Origin: Antedon mediterranea | Taxonomy: Eukaryota > Animalia > Echinodermata | Direction: 5' to 3' | Assembly: GCF_964355755.1 (NCBI RefSeq) | Contig: NC_092673.1 | Location: 9,920,001-9,984,000, forward strand | DNA length: 64,000 nt | Part shown: positions 37,504-50,299 of the stretch, piece by piece | How the letters are laid out: every line of letters begins with the position of its first letter | Numbering within the stretch: position 1 is the stretch's first letter | The notes under the pieces: generated by a model | Database searches by the model: none | What the model was told of the DNA's origin: nothing | What the model saw: the letters and a program-made list of their open reading frames with translations, nothing else | Translations under genes and position numbers: made by a program

Positions 37504-39497
37504 TAGTGGAGTCTGTTAGGGCTGAAATCAAGGGTGTTTGGTTCAGTTTCTTCCAAAAGCACCAAATATGGTATACAGGTTGCCCACCCTATGCAAATTA
37601 AATTTTTGATGGGCGCCAAGCAAAATGACCCCTTGGGTCACCTAATTTGCATAATTTAAAATGGCGGACATTTTCGCTTAAACAGTCTATATCTCTGAAA
37701 CTACTGGTCATAGAGAGTTGATTTTTAGCTCAAAAATGTTCAGAACATAAACATTCCTATTTACTCTAATGAAGTATTTTTGAATAAAAATGACCGGAAG
37801 TACCAGTTTTAACATTTGACCCATATTTTAAGGCATTGCCATGTCAGTAAATAGTTGTCACAGACAGTTTATTTTGGTGTCAAATTGTTTAGAATATATA
37901 TGTTACTATTTAGTTTAATGAAATATTTTATCCAAAAATGACCGGAAGTACTCAGTTCTGCCTTTGACCTTTACGGTGCAATTGCCAACATTGTTACGGT
38001 TAATATAATTTAATATCCATAAAACTACTTGTCATAGAGAGTTAATTTTTGGTGTCAAAATGTTCAGAACATAAACATTTCTATGTACTAAGTTTCTTCT
38101 CAAATAATGACCAGAAATACCATATTTGACCTCTGACCTTTTTTTTTTCAGGCAAATTGCCATATCACATTATTGGGTTGGAGTGGAAAGTTCGTTTTGG
38201 TGTCAGATTGTTCTGAATATATATGTTTCTATTCTGCTAAACAGAAGATTTTTCAAAAAAATGTTAGGAAGTACAGTTATTGACCTGTTAAATACATAAA
38301 ATTATAAATTTGTTCAAGTTAATTGTATAGTTAACTGTATATTTATTTTATTATTTTGCAACCCACTTTTGAGCACTTGTTAAAGATGGCTGCTTGCATG
38401 TGCAATTAAACAAAGTATACTGAACAAAGTTGAATAGATTGTCCATATTGTAGTGAGTCTACAGTAATGCAAATGAGAAATGAGAAAATTGTATATACAA
38501 AAAATACCCAATCTCATCTAATCGAGTACTTAAATGAAGTCTTCCCCACACATTTAGCAATAATGTGTACAGATGAAATCCAGTAAAAGTTTTGTTTTGG
38601 AGAGTTATTGTTTCCATCACTTGTGTTTGCTGTTGCATATCAATTTGATGTTGCTACAATGGGCCTTCAATTAAAACTGAGAAATATTACATACTAATGT
38701 TGCCATAACACGAACAATGACGGAATGGGGAAAAGGCACTGAAGATTTCTGTCATCCTTGATCCGTCTAGCTTGGTGGTTCACAAATATTTTCAAATTTA
38801 AAAAAAAGAAGAAATCGACCATATACAGTAATCATCTAGAAAAGATTGGATGAATAGGAACAGTTTTGTTACTAATGACATGTTATGCTCTAGTATCCTC
38901 TTTTTCATATATTGCCCTTTTTTCAAACTTAAAATGAACTCCGTATTGCATGTCCTTGACTAAGTGAACAATGCAAATTTTATGAATGGAAATGTTAAAC
39001 AAAAAGGTTAGCCTAACAAGGTACCCCTATGGCAATTGCACCGTAATGGTCAAAGGCAAAACTGAGTACTTTTGGTCATTTTTGGATAAAATGTTTCATT
39101 AAACTAAATAGTAACATATATATTCTGAGCAATTTGACACCAAACTGTGACAACTATTTACTGAGATATGGCAATGCCTTCAAATATGGGTCAAAGGTTA
39201 AAACTGGTTACTTCCGGTCATTAAAAAAAAAAAAACTTCATTAGAGTAAATAGGAATGTTTATGTTCTGGACATTTTGAGCTAAAAATCAACTCTCTATG
39301 ACCAGTACTTTCAGAGATATAGAGTGTTTAAGCGAAAATGTCCGCCATGTTAAATTATGCAAATTAGTTGACCCAAGGGGTCATTTTGCTTGGCGCCCGT
39401 CAAAAATTTAATTTGTATAGGGTGGGCAACCTGTATACCAAATTTGGTGCTTTTGGAAAAAAGTATGTGAACCAAAATATCCCTAACAGACTCCACT
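37504..39497. mobile_element. Foldback DNA transposon with about 480-bp TIRs (Academ-like)
   Basis: 37505-37990 is the reverse complement of 39029-39497; TAGTGGAGTCTGTTAGGG terminus; TAT on both flanks. Confidence 0.8.
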
Positions 39498-39524
39498 TAT
39501 AGGAAGCCTAGCTAGCTAGCCCAG

Positions 39525-41489
39525 TCAAATCAACCCGTACCCATGCCATCTCGTACCCAACTTGGCTAACTGTACCCAAATAATTGGTCAACTCGTACCC
39601 ACTTTGGCTAACCCGTACCCAAACCAACCCGTACCCATGCCAACTCGTACCTAAATATTTGGCTTACTCGTACCCAAGTATTTTGCTTACCCGTACCCAT
39701 TGTTGGCTTACTCGTACCCATTATTTGGCCTACTCGTACCTAATTTGAATAATTACTTGTAATGATTTGATCGGCGCAAAACTAGTGGTATGTTTTTGCC
39801 GTATGAATATTTTTATATATAAATTGTTTTTTTATTTTACAGGTCTCGGTGAAATGTGTGCTAATAAAAATGACCATTGATTTGATTGTAAACTTCGTTT
39901 AATTAGGCATATATTTAATAGTATTATAGTTTTATAAACGTATGTTTGATGTGTCTTTTTTATTTACGTAAGATAAATGAAATCATATTGGGGATCATAT
40001 ACACGTACTGTAAGGCCTGCAGGGCTATGGGGTAGAATTACTCGTAGATTTTGTGTTACGTGTTTTTGCTGACCGGGATTAACCTTTTATTATAAAAAAA
40101 CACGCAGATTTTCTTCTATAACAACTACGTGTTTTTGCTGACTGGGGATTCCTCTTTTATATTAAAAAAAACGCATTTGTAGTGTGTCAAAAAATAGACA
40201 ACGCAATGTGGCGTATGATCGTTTTCTATTATTTTTTTCCTTAAATAATTCAGTAAAATGATCTGTTTGTTTACGGCAATTAAACATTTTTTGGTAGATG
40301 TTTCCTCGATAACAGTTAAATGTTTTTTCTGACGAGGGATTCCCTTTTTTTTAAAAATACGCATTCTATAATGTGTCAAATATTAGACAAATGAATGACC
40401 TACGGTCGTTTTTCCATGACAACGGATGTTGTCTTATTTACTAAAATAATATAAACGTTCCGAAGGCCTACCTACACGTGTCTGAGTATACTTAGGCCTA
40501 CGTATCTGTCAGCGATAAGATGATTTTTTTAAGTTTTAGTAGTATGTATTTCGGTTTTTTAGTCATAATAATACAGTAATAATCATTATAAAATAGAAAC
40601 GTAATAACAGCAAATGTCGTCGTTTGTAATTAAATGTTAAATTATTGGAGGTTACCTTTTATTATTATTCTCACATCTGTCATTGTATACTAGGGGATTT
40701 GTTTTATAAACGGCATAGGCCTAATCTACTCAGAATTATTATTCTAATGCTCACTTAGCAGCAAAAATAAGGCTGGTATCAACTTAAATAGTTTCGTGAT
40801 TTTAAAATACGAGTGACTACTTAAAAATGTATTAAATATTTTTGAAATGTTGAAACAGTTTAATATTTTCCAAAACTTGCAAAACAAAACAAAAACCATT
40901 TTTAAAACGATTTTCAAAAAGCACATTACTTCATTACATTCATTACTTCATTATCTGTAAAATAAAATTAATATACAAATTATGTATAAAAGATATTCAT
41001 GTTTACTTTTAATAATTCAAGTTTTCATCATCACAGACTAGTGGGTATTTCAACTTCCGTGTACTACTATTCATAGTAAATAATACTATAATAACTATTC
41101 ATAAATGAAAAAAAAATAGAATGCAGCACAGCCGACCACTGACATCTTCCATGTAAAACAGCGCCCTTAAGTATTAACTTGACCAAATACGACATACCCA
41201 AATACGATGAAAGCTGAGCTTTTTTCGTACGAGTCTGTACATATTATTGTACTTTTTAGGTCAATAGTTTTTGCCATTATAATATCGAATATATGATTGG
41301 TATCTAAAAGTGTAATAAAATTGGGTTTAAATGTAATATAAATATACTTTAAATAGCATTATACTTGGGTACGGGCCAGCCAATGATGGGTACGTCTTAG
41401 CCAATGATGGGTACTGAGCCAAAATTTTGGGTCGAGTAAGCCAAAATGTGTGTACGAGTTGGCATGGGTACGGGTTGACCTGTATTCCT
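39525..41489. mobile_element. MULE/Phantom-like element with tandem-repeat termini
   Basis: AACYCGTACCCA arrays (39530-39742) are inverted against TGGGTACG arrays ending GGGTACGGGTTGACCTGTATTCC. Confidence 0.68.
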
Positions 41490-42140
41490 ATCTAGTACTG
41501 ACTAGACCTGGCCCTAGCTAGGCTTATATTATAGCCCTAGCCTAGTTAGCTAAGCCTATAACTATAAGCCAAAAACGTCTAGTTTGCGATATATAACCAT
41601 GGAGTCCATGATATAGGCGGATGTGTGGAGGTAAACATTTTATTTTTTACCTCCGTGTCATTCATCTAAAATAAAATTCTACTTACTGACAAATTAACGG
41701 CAGAGCCTTTTACATCATAGGATCAGGGAAATCCCAGTACTTTCTTCTGTTCGTTGCACATACTTGTTTAGGTAGTGAAAATAACAGATCGGATCTCCTC
41801 TGTTTGGATGCTCATTAACATATCATGCATATTTATGAGTTGTTAGCTAACCATTGATATTTAGGAATTTCTGAGCTGTTGAGTTCGAAAAAATGGTAAA
41901 CTTATTTTGATTTTTTATAAGCGAAATAAATATTTTTTCTGATTTTTTTTTCGGCGAAAGTGAATAACTTTATTATAACTACAAAATGGTCTATTCAAAA
42001 TTTGATTTTGTTCATCTTTATTTTTCATGTTTTGGGGGACAATACAACTTTAACATAAGATTGTATAACTTTGTCAGAAGATTGAACTCTATCTGTAGAT
42101 GTGCAAGAAACTTTGTTATATGACTTTAGAGTCGCGCAGC

Positions 42141-44725
42141 TAACTAAAGATTTGTATAAAATAACTAATGCCTTTTTATCATTAATATGTCTGCAATGTC
42201 TCCAAAGAAAACCCAAAAGTCTATTGCATTTAGAGACTATAAAATCATTTGTTTTCCAAAGGTTAACGAACTATCTAAAAAAACACCAAGGTCTTTGTGA
42301 ACAGAGACTCTTTTAAGTAAGATATTATTGATATAAAAGTCAAAATAGATAAGTTTTTTCTTAAGAGTAAAAGACAGTGATTTGCATTAATAGAGGCATT
42401 GACTGACATATTTCAAGTGAATGAGTCTGTCAACGTCTTCTTGTAACAACAACATATCATTTTAAGTGTGTATAGACGTAAATAATTTAATATCAAAAAA
42501 TTTAATATTAAATTATTTACGTCGATACACACTTAAAATCGTCAGCAAACATAAGAACATTAGAATGATGAGGAACAAAGGAAAAATCATTAATAAACAT
42601 AAAAAAAGAGGCCGCAAAATAGACCCTGAGGTACGCCAGATAAAACTGGAAGCATTCAGACGCGTTACCATCAAAAGTGACTCTCTGAAACCTGTCCGAA
42701 AATAACTTGTAAAAAATTTAATTAAATCGTGATTTAGACCAAATTGTTGAAGTTTAAACAAGAGCAACCTATGGGAGAACCTGTCAAAGGCTTAGCCATA
42801 TCTGTATATAAAACTTCGCATTGACCTTTTGCATTTATTGCATCATACGCATGTCTGGGTTCCAGACAGAGTTTTGTCTTAATATTTGTAAAAAGATAAA
42901 TATTTTGGCACATATGGCGTTTCATACGTATACTACTTGATTTTGGATACTCCGTCTGGGGAAACATGTACAAGTCACGTGATTTGACACCAAGAATTCT
43001 TGGTGCATACGATTATCCAGTTGACTAGTTTCAGCCACTGCCATGTTTTAATATTCATATTTCAGAATTTTAAAGACTTAACAACTAAGATGATGCGCAT
43101 GCGCTTGTTACGTTCAGACAATGTGTACTTGGGTACATTGATGAACGTTTCTGAAGGCTAGAAATTATTTATATCCCTAGTAGTCTGCTAAACATTTGAT
43201 GGGATTTTTCCCAAGAACATGAAAACTAGTCTTGATATGATAGACTAGCTTCTCCGCAAATCAAACATTGAATGGATCATTTATTATGCGGAGATAATTT
43301 GATTTAATTCTCACCCAGCCCAGACCCTGTGGTAGTGTGTCTGTTGTGTGCCGATGGTGGTATGTACCTTATTGGCGTTTTATTTAGCAGGTCATACGTA
43401 CGAGTTGAGTAGGCCTACGATCGTACATTCAGCACTGTACGTACTCAATTTTTTTTTCATTTTGAAACAAAATGATCATTGGTTGATTCGAAATCCATAT
43501 TTACTTACCGCCTGCCCCATATAGCCAAATACGGTATGATAACCTACGTCATTCTTATCGGATGTTTGCGATTTCTATACGTGTTTCACAAGTATTGTAT
43601 TGTATTTTCAGACAAAAATCGAAATAAAAACAAATAAATAAAAAAAAGACAATGAATACAGACAAGTCTATACCTTATGAGAATCAATTTCATTAATGTG
43701 CTCCTGATTAAACTCAAGTTTAGATAAGCAATCCATGGGATATTCAGGAAGATTAGGAATATCCAAATCGTTGTTAACAGGGCTAAACACAGAATAAAAA
43801 AGTTTGGTTTATCTTTTACAGTGTAAGCTGACTGATATTTAAAATGTAGTTCCGAAGGGATATTATTATTATTTTTTCTTAAGGATTTTATCCATGACCA
43901 AAAATGTTTCGTAACTTAAATTACAACATAATGAATTAACATAGGTATGATACTTAAATCTACAAAGTCGTTTAAAATTTGACCTAGCAAATCGAAAATT
44001 TTCAATATTTAACCTAATATTACTATTTACGTTTCTTTTCTCTAAAATATGATTCTTTAGATTTCAATGCAGTGTAAAGCTCATTATCAAACCACGTTGG
44101 GAGTTTTCTCTTAGGTCTAAAAACAGGGACGAGATCTTTGACAGTAGCAAAAATAAAATCATAAAATAAATTAACAGCCTCATCTATGTCAACAGCAAGA
44201 TCAAGTAAATGCCAAGGAATATGAGAAAGTGTTTGTATAAAATCTAATTTGTTAAGTTTTTCAAAATTAGATAACAATCGATCGTCATTATTGATAAGGT
44301 GTTTGTTAAATTCTATAGGATATTTAAAATTGATCGCACAGTGATCAGAAGAGAACATATCTTCACCGGATGAAACTTCATGGCATATTGTATTGCACAA
44401 AACGAGATTAAGAGTGTGATCGGCACATGTCGGAAAATATACAAATTGATTAAAATTATTGCCCTGTAAAATATTATCTATAAAAATTTTGCCATTAGAG
44501 TTGTCGGGAGCTTCACATTCTACAATATTGCACTTATAACTATTCAAACGCCATTTTATCTCAGGTAGATTAAAATCTCCTAATAACATAACATCATGAT
44601 TGAAGCCATGAAATTCATATTGCACATTATTTATAGACTCGCAGAGACGATCAATTTGAGATTTAGGTGCCAATGGTGGGCGATAATATATACTAATAAT
44701 TAAAGATATATTATCCCTTTGACTA
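42141..44725 (-). mobile_element. CR1/Jockey-group LINE, decayed and interrupted (endonuclease ORF 44023-44725, RT pieces 42141-42870)
   Basis: YRPP, LLGDFNLPEIKW and SDHCAI endonuclease motifs; GVPQGSI and FADD RT motifs on the minus strand. Confidence 0.8.
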
Positions 44726-45654
44726 ATTCCAAAAAAAAAAAAAAAAACTGATTTCGAAAAAAAGTTGATCATTTTGAAGTATCATCAAAAATTAGTCGAA
44801 AAAAAAATCATTTAACTGAAATACAGACATTTTTTTGTTCAAAAAATTACTTTGATTTCCAGTCAAAGTTTTCGATCAAAACATATCTCATAATGCAACG
44901 CGCTTGTTTGGCTACTCTATATGCATAAATCATAAACTTTTTCACGATCTATGTGAAAACAGCTTCTCAACCGTGACGAGTTGTAAACAATCCTAATTAG
45001 CATCATGCATAATGCATACTCGTGGTTGGAAATCTTTGTTTACTTTTGCTCACGACGATTTGCTAGACGAAATGTAATCAAATTAATTTACCTGTTAATT
45101 ACGTAAACTTGTTGTTTTTGGCTCGAATTTTCGACTTAAAGTGAATAACTTTAATATTACTTTGATATGGCTAATTTAAATTTAAAATATTTTGACCTTC
45201 ATTTTTTGTGTTTCAAGGGACAATACATCTTTAAACATTTTTTTCTAGACAGTTGAATTTTGACCCACATTAGTTCTTGACTTTCATCTTCAAACTTGAT
45301 GAGACGACACGACCTGTATTTGTTTTTAATTAAGAGTAAAACTCTTATATTATACCTTTTTGCTCAAATCATTATCTTCCGAAAATGTAAATCTTCATGT
45401 TTGGGTCATCATACCAACAAATTTGAATATATGTGGGTCCAATAATTTTACCTATGCTACACTGTACTGTACATATAATAGATATACAGTATATACTGTA
45501 TGTATTCTTTACGACAGACATATAATAGGCACAACTTAGCCCTTTTAATGCATTAGGTCATAGGGTGGCATACTATACATCAACAATTTGGGATCATATT
45601 TTAACGTACATGCATCATTTTTTTAAATTTAAATGTCAGTAAATTTTTTTAAAT

Positions 45655-46150
45655 GATTTTTATTTATTTTTTTTATTTTTTTATTTATAGAGGGTAACCC
45701 TTCCAGCTGAACCTGCAGGCCAGCTGATATTCAGGGGCCCTCTTGAAAATGACAAAATATATAAAACTATACTTAACTAATACGAATCTACTATATACAT
45801 TTAAATTTAAAACTATTATATAAAAAAATAATTATATAATAAAAATTCAATTAAACAATTACGATAAAATGTGTTTTTTAAAATTAAATTTAAACAAGTT
45901 AATATTGGTACATTCTTTCAAAACAGAAGGTAATACATTATATAAAATACAAGCAGAATAAATAAAAGAGCGCCGAAAACATTCCAATTTAACTTTGGGT
46001 ACCAGTAAGTCTCCCCTGGAAGCAGCCCTAGTCCTCATAGAGTGTATCGGAACAGTGGAAAATCGTTGGGTGATGTATCGAGGGGCAATATTGTTCATGG
46101 CTTTAAAAGCTAGGCAGCCTACCTGGTACTGGTACCACCTATAATTTGTC
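45655..46150 (-). mobile_element. CR1/L2-group LINE 3' end
   Basis: RT C-terminus (FRRSFIYSACILYNVLP), 3' UTR stem GGGCCCCTG...GGGTTACCCTC and A-rich tail. Confidence 0.78.
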
Positions 46151-46229
46151 AAAGTGACAAATTAAATTCTAGTTTGATTTAATATTGAATTGTTGTTTAT
46201 TAATAAAGTAATTTTTTGGTTCTTTAAAG

Positions 46230-46370
46230 GTAAGAAACATCAGTTTGAGGTCAGTCACTCAATAGAAGAAAACGTACTCAGTTTGGATGGAATCAATGTT
46301 AGCATGCAGTGTTGTATTGACAATTTAGAGAAAGATTTGATGGAAAAAATAAAAATAACAACATCCAAAG
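46230..46370 (+). CDS. MRRF: Second coding exon of mitochondrial ribosome recycling factor
   Basis: Symmetric phase 1-1, 141-nt exon with AG and GT ends. EENVLSLDGINVSMQCCIDNLEKDLMEKIKITTSKG aligns by eye with human MRRF VEDIINLEEVNEEMKSVIEALKDNFNKTLNIRTSPG (recalled). Confidence 0.8.
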
Positions 46371-46899
46371 GTATAGTATTAGAAGTTAGAAGCCATTATT
46401 TATTTCTTTCAAATAGAATAATAGGGAATTATTTTGGATGCATTTTATGCATCATGTTTTCGTCCTGATTTGTCAATGTAAAATCATTTATCAAGTGATC
46501 AGAAGGTTGAAATCATCACTTTGATATTTAAAAATCGGCAGTTATTTTTGGATGTTTTTGGTCGAACACACCTAATGGAACATGACATTAAAGTGGAGCT
46601 TTGGGTTGTATAGGACACACTGGCTGCTGCCATTTCCAACTTCACAGGCCCATTTTCACAGCGCCCTCTCCAAAATATTAATGATTATAGATGGCGTGGT
46701 CTCTGATACATGATTATATTTATAATAATGCAAAATTTAGTAAAATTCAGTCTTCTCTATGATGATCAACTACACAAATAAATTTTTTTATTTGAAAACA
46801 CTTCAATAAAATATAGACCTAATAAAGACATAATAACAAATCAAATATTATTTAAACAAAAAATGATATAAAATCTACATATTTGTATCTTTAGCACAA

Positions 46900-47260
46900 A
46901 AACAATTTTGGAGTACCATTCCTACGTTTTTATAGCTTTTTAATGTCCTGCCATGTCAAACTATCCCAACTCCTTTATCCTTGACTTCAATATTAATAAT
47001 ATTTTACTTGGAAAGAGTCTGTTCACAAAGACCTTGGTATTTTTTTGATAATTTGTTACATTTTTGTAAACATATTGATTTTATAAATGCAATAAACTTC
47101 TTGGTTTCCTTAGGAGACATTGCAGACATAGTAATGATAAAAAGGGCTTTAGTTATTTTATAGATAGGATAGGATAGGCGCAAGTTATTTGATAATTTAG
47201 AGCCTGTCTGTAAAATCAAAGATTTAGTGGCAGATGTAAAAAAATGGATTTCTCTCAAAT
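46900..47260 (-). mobile_element. LINE RT C-terminal fragment related to 42141-42340
   Basis: Shares GAGTCTGTTCACAAAGACCTTGG in opposite orientation with 42285-42310, so the strand of this fragment is uncertain. Confidence 0.45.
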
Positions 47261-47818
47261 TTTATAATAAATAGACACTTTAATAAAAAGCATATCTACA
47301 ACATTCATTTAATTTTTGGCCTTCGTTGCCATGACAATGATAAATTATTCAAATGTTGATGTTTTTGCCATTTTTCACAGATTTTCTATAGTGAAAAAGT
47401 ACAAACTTGTATACTTATTTTAACTAAATAAACATACAGTTATTGTATAGCAGTGTAAACAACTAAGTATTGAGTTCCATTTAATGTAGAAAAAAAAAAT
47501 TTACAAATGGATTTTGTTGATACCATTATTTTAAAAAGGGATGTTTTTTAAAAATATTTTTTTTATAAAAGTATACCTCATAAACGTACCTATAACTTCC
47601 AAAGTGGTGTTTTTATATCAATGAGGTTTTGTAAATTTATAGTCAATAGGTTTTTCAACAATAATCACGAAAAAATAACTTGGGTAAACTACGTACATAG
47701 GTTTTGTGTTGCCTGGAAAATACAGAAAATACAAACAAAATATCAACAAACAAAACACATGAAACAAAATTACGAATAGTTTAGATAAAATACGAGAATT
47801 TGTTGCCAGGTTAATTTC

Positions 47819-49170
47819 AACTAGACATGAAACTCGTCACTTTGACGAGTTAGTTATCCGCACGATAAACGCCACGTGCACTTCATACGTTGGAATGTTG
47901 CACACATAAAAAGATTATGGCATTATGACCTGAACTGAAGAATATAATATGTTGTTAGTTAGTGCTAAATTCTGTCTATTTTGTGTCATATAGTATACAG
48001 TTATATAGTACACAGTATAATCTGTATACATATTACATACAGTGTAGAATAGGCAAAATGCGGGACCCGCCATTTATTCCAATTGTTAACATGGTGACGG
48101 TATAAAAATGAAACAGAAAGATTGCAATTTGGAAAGAAATTATCTCAGCAATAACATATTAACGTGTAGAAGAAATTTGAACACATGAAATATGGATGCG
48201 CGTTCTTTTAAATGTAATGAACTATAACGCAAAAGATGAAAATACGACTTTTTTTAGTCAACTGGCCATATGATGACGTCACAACATCCGATTGGCCAAA
48301 TGTTTACATGATTTCATATCTATAATCCAATAGCTTCCAGAAAACGTTTTAATCTTTATTATCAAATTTTATTCTTACAAGCTATAATAACAGATTAAAA
48401 TTTACTGTAAAGATGAAATTAATGACCCACGTAATTAAATTTTTTTGGCATGATGACGTCATAACAATTAAAATATTTTTAACTCATGCGAAAGATAGTT
48501 GATTGATTTAGACATATTAAAATCTCGGAGAAAATGGAATACAGATAAGCGTGATGCTCTCCATTGAATATGATGAGCAATAACGAAAGAGACAAAAATT
48601 CTATATTTTTATTTGGTTGGCAATACGATGACGTCACAATGTCCAGTTAGTCATATTAATGTATCTTATATCTACAACTTATCAACTTCCAGAATATGTA
48701 ATAAAAATAACTTTCACCGTTTAGTTTAGAAACTACAACTAATTAAAAAAAGGCATAATTTGGAAGAATTTTTGAACTTTTTCATCTAAAACGCACAAAA
48801 ATTGTCCAATTTGACGTGTTCGTATGACATGATTTTAAGTCGAAATGGTTTCAAATTTGGTAAAATTACTAGAAAAGGCTGGAAAAACATAAATCACGGC
48901 ATAAAAATACGCTATTACCAAAAAAAATTTTGCGCGATTGTGGGAATTTTTGATATGCTCAAAATGACATGAAATGCGTAGAAAGTTGATTTTTGAAATT
49001 GAAATTTTTTAAATTGATTTTTCGTATTATAAAATTTTAAATGCGCGTGCGCGCGTAACTTTGTGTGATACATGCCATTTTTAATCCACAGAAAGTTGAC
49101 TCTTGATATGAATTAAATTTTCACCAAGTCTCAATACAAAATGACTTTTGGTTTTTAATCTATGATCAAA
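47819..49170 (-). mobile_element. Solitary 5'-truncated copy of the HINE family found in the 21-31 kb nest
   Basis: ACTAGACATGAAACTCGTCACTTTGACGAGTTAGTTATCCGC is the reverse complement of the nest tail, and the body is homologous. Confidence 0.88.
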
Positions 49171-50299
49171 TTGTGTTTAGATTCAAGCATGGAGAAATAA
49201 GCCTAACTAACTTATTTCTCCATGATTCAAGAAACACTACGGTGAATTTAATAAATATATATTATTAATTTATTACCCAACCTACCTTCATCATACAATT
49301 AAAACAAAATCATTACATAATTTTTCCCCACCTGCTTTTGAATGCAAACTATATACCAGGTGAACGTATTGTTATCCTGATGATCCTGATGATGACACTG
49401 TTCTCTAACATTTTATAAAATGTTATTGCCATAACGTTTTTAATTTAGTCCGTCTGTGTGTATTATTTTTACCCATTATATCGTATTTTTACTATGTTTA
49501 TATAATTATAATAAGTAACAAGCAAGACAATTTTGTATAGTCCTCACATCTATTTCGTATTTCATCCACCTAAATTATTACATTCTATCACGAATTGAAC
49601 AAAATCGTGGTTCAGGTTTATTTACGTATCATTTATTGTCAACAATTCTTATATACGGTACTTTCAACTTTCTTTCACCTTTCCAAGCTTTGACCTTCTT
49701 GCCAACATAATCACATAATCCTCGTCACTGATTGGCTGGTTCTTACGATCCTTGCGCTTACGCTTACGAAAGTTGACTTGAAGCGGAAGAGTATGAAATC
49801 GCATCGTAAGGCATGTTCATCCAGAAATTCACCGGTTTCCTGTCGAACCGTCGAATATCGACCTAACAGACGGAAGCTTCAGTCACCGGTTTCCTGTCAA
49901 ACACTTGTACTACGGCGATTTCTACTTGCGTTACGTCGTTTTGACATTTAGCTTTTTTCATCCGGTTTCCTGTCGATTTTCAATTTCCAATGTAAAAACG
50001 ACGCAATCGTAAGAAATTCTAATTTCTTACGTCGACTGGAAACCAGGCTTTAGGGACATGCTTCATTGCGCCATTTCAATAGTTTCTCTGTTTTAATTTA
50101 CCCGATGAACCGATAGAAATTAAGTGACAGTAAACTGATACTACTTATTGCAGTTTAACAAGACATCGTAGTACTGTGCTTGTTCCGACATGTCAGATAC
50201 AGGAGCAGCTAACCATGAGGGACGGGAAAGCAAAGGTGAAGAGCCAGATAATCCTCATAAAAGAGAAAGAAATCAGACTGAAAAAGGAAGAGAATATAT

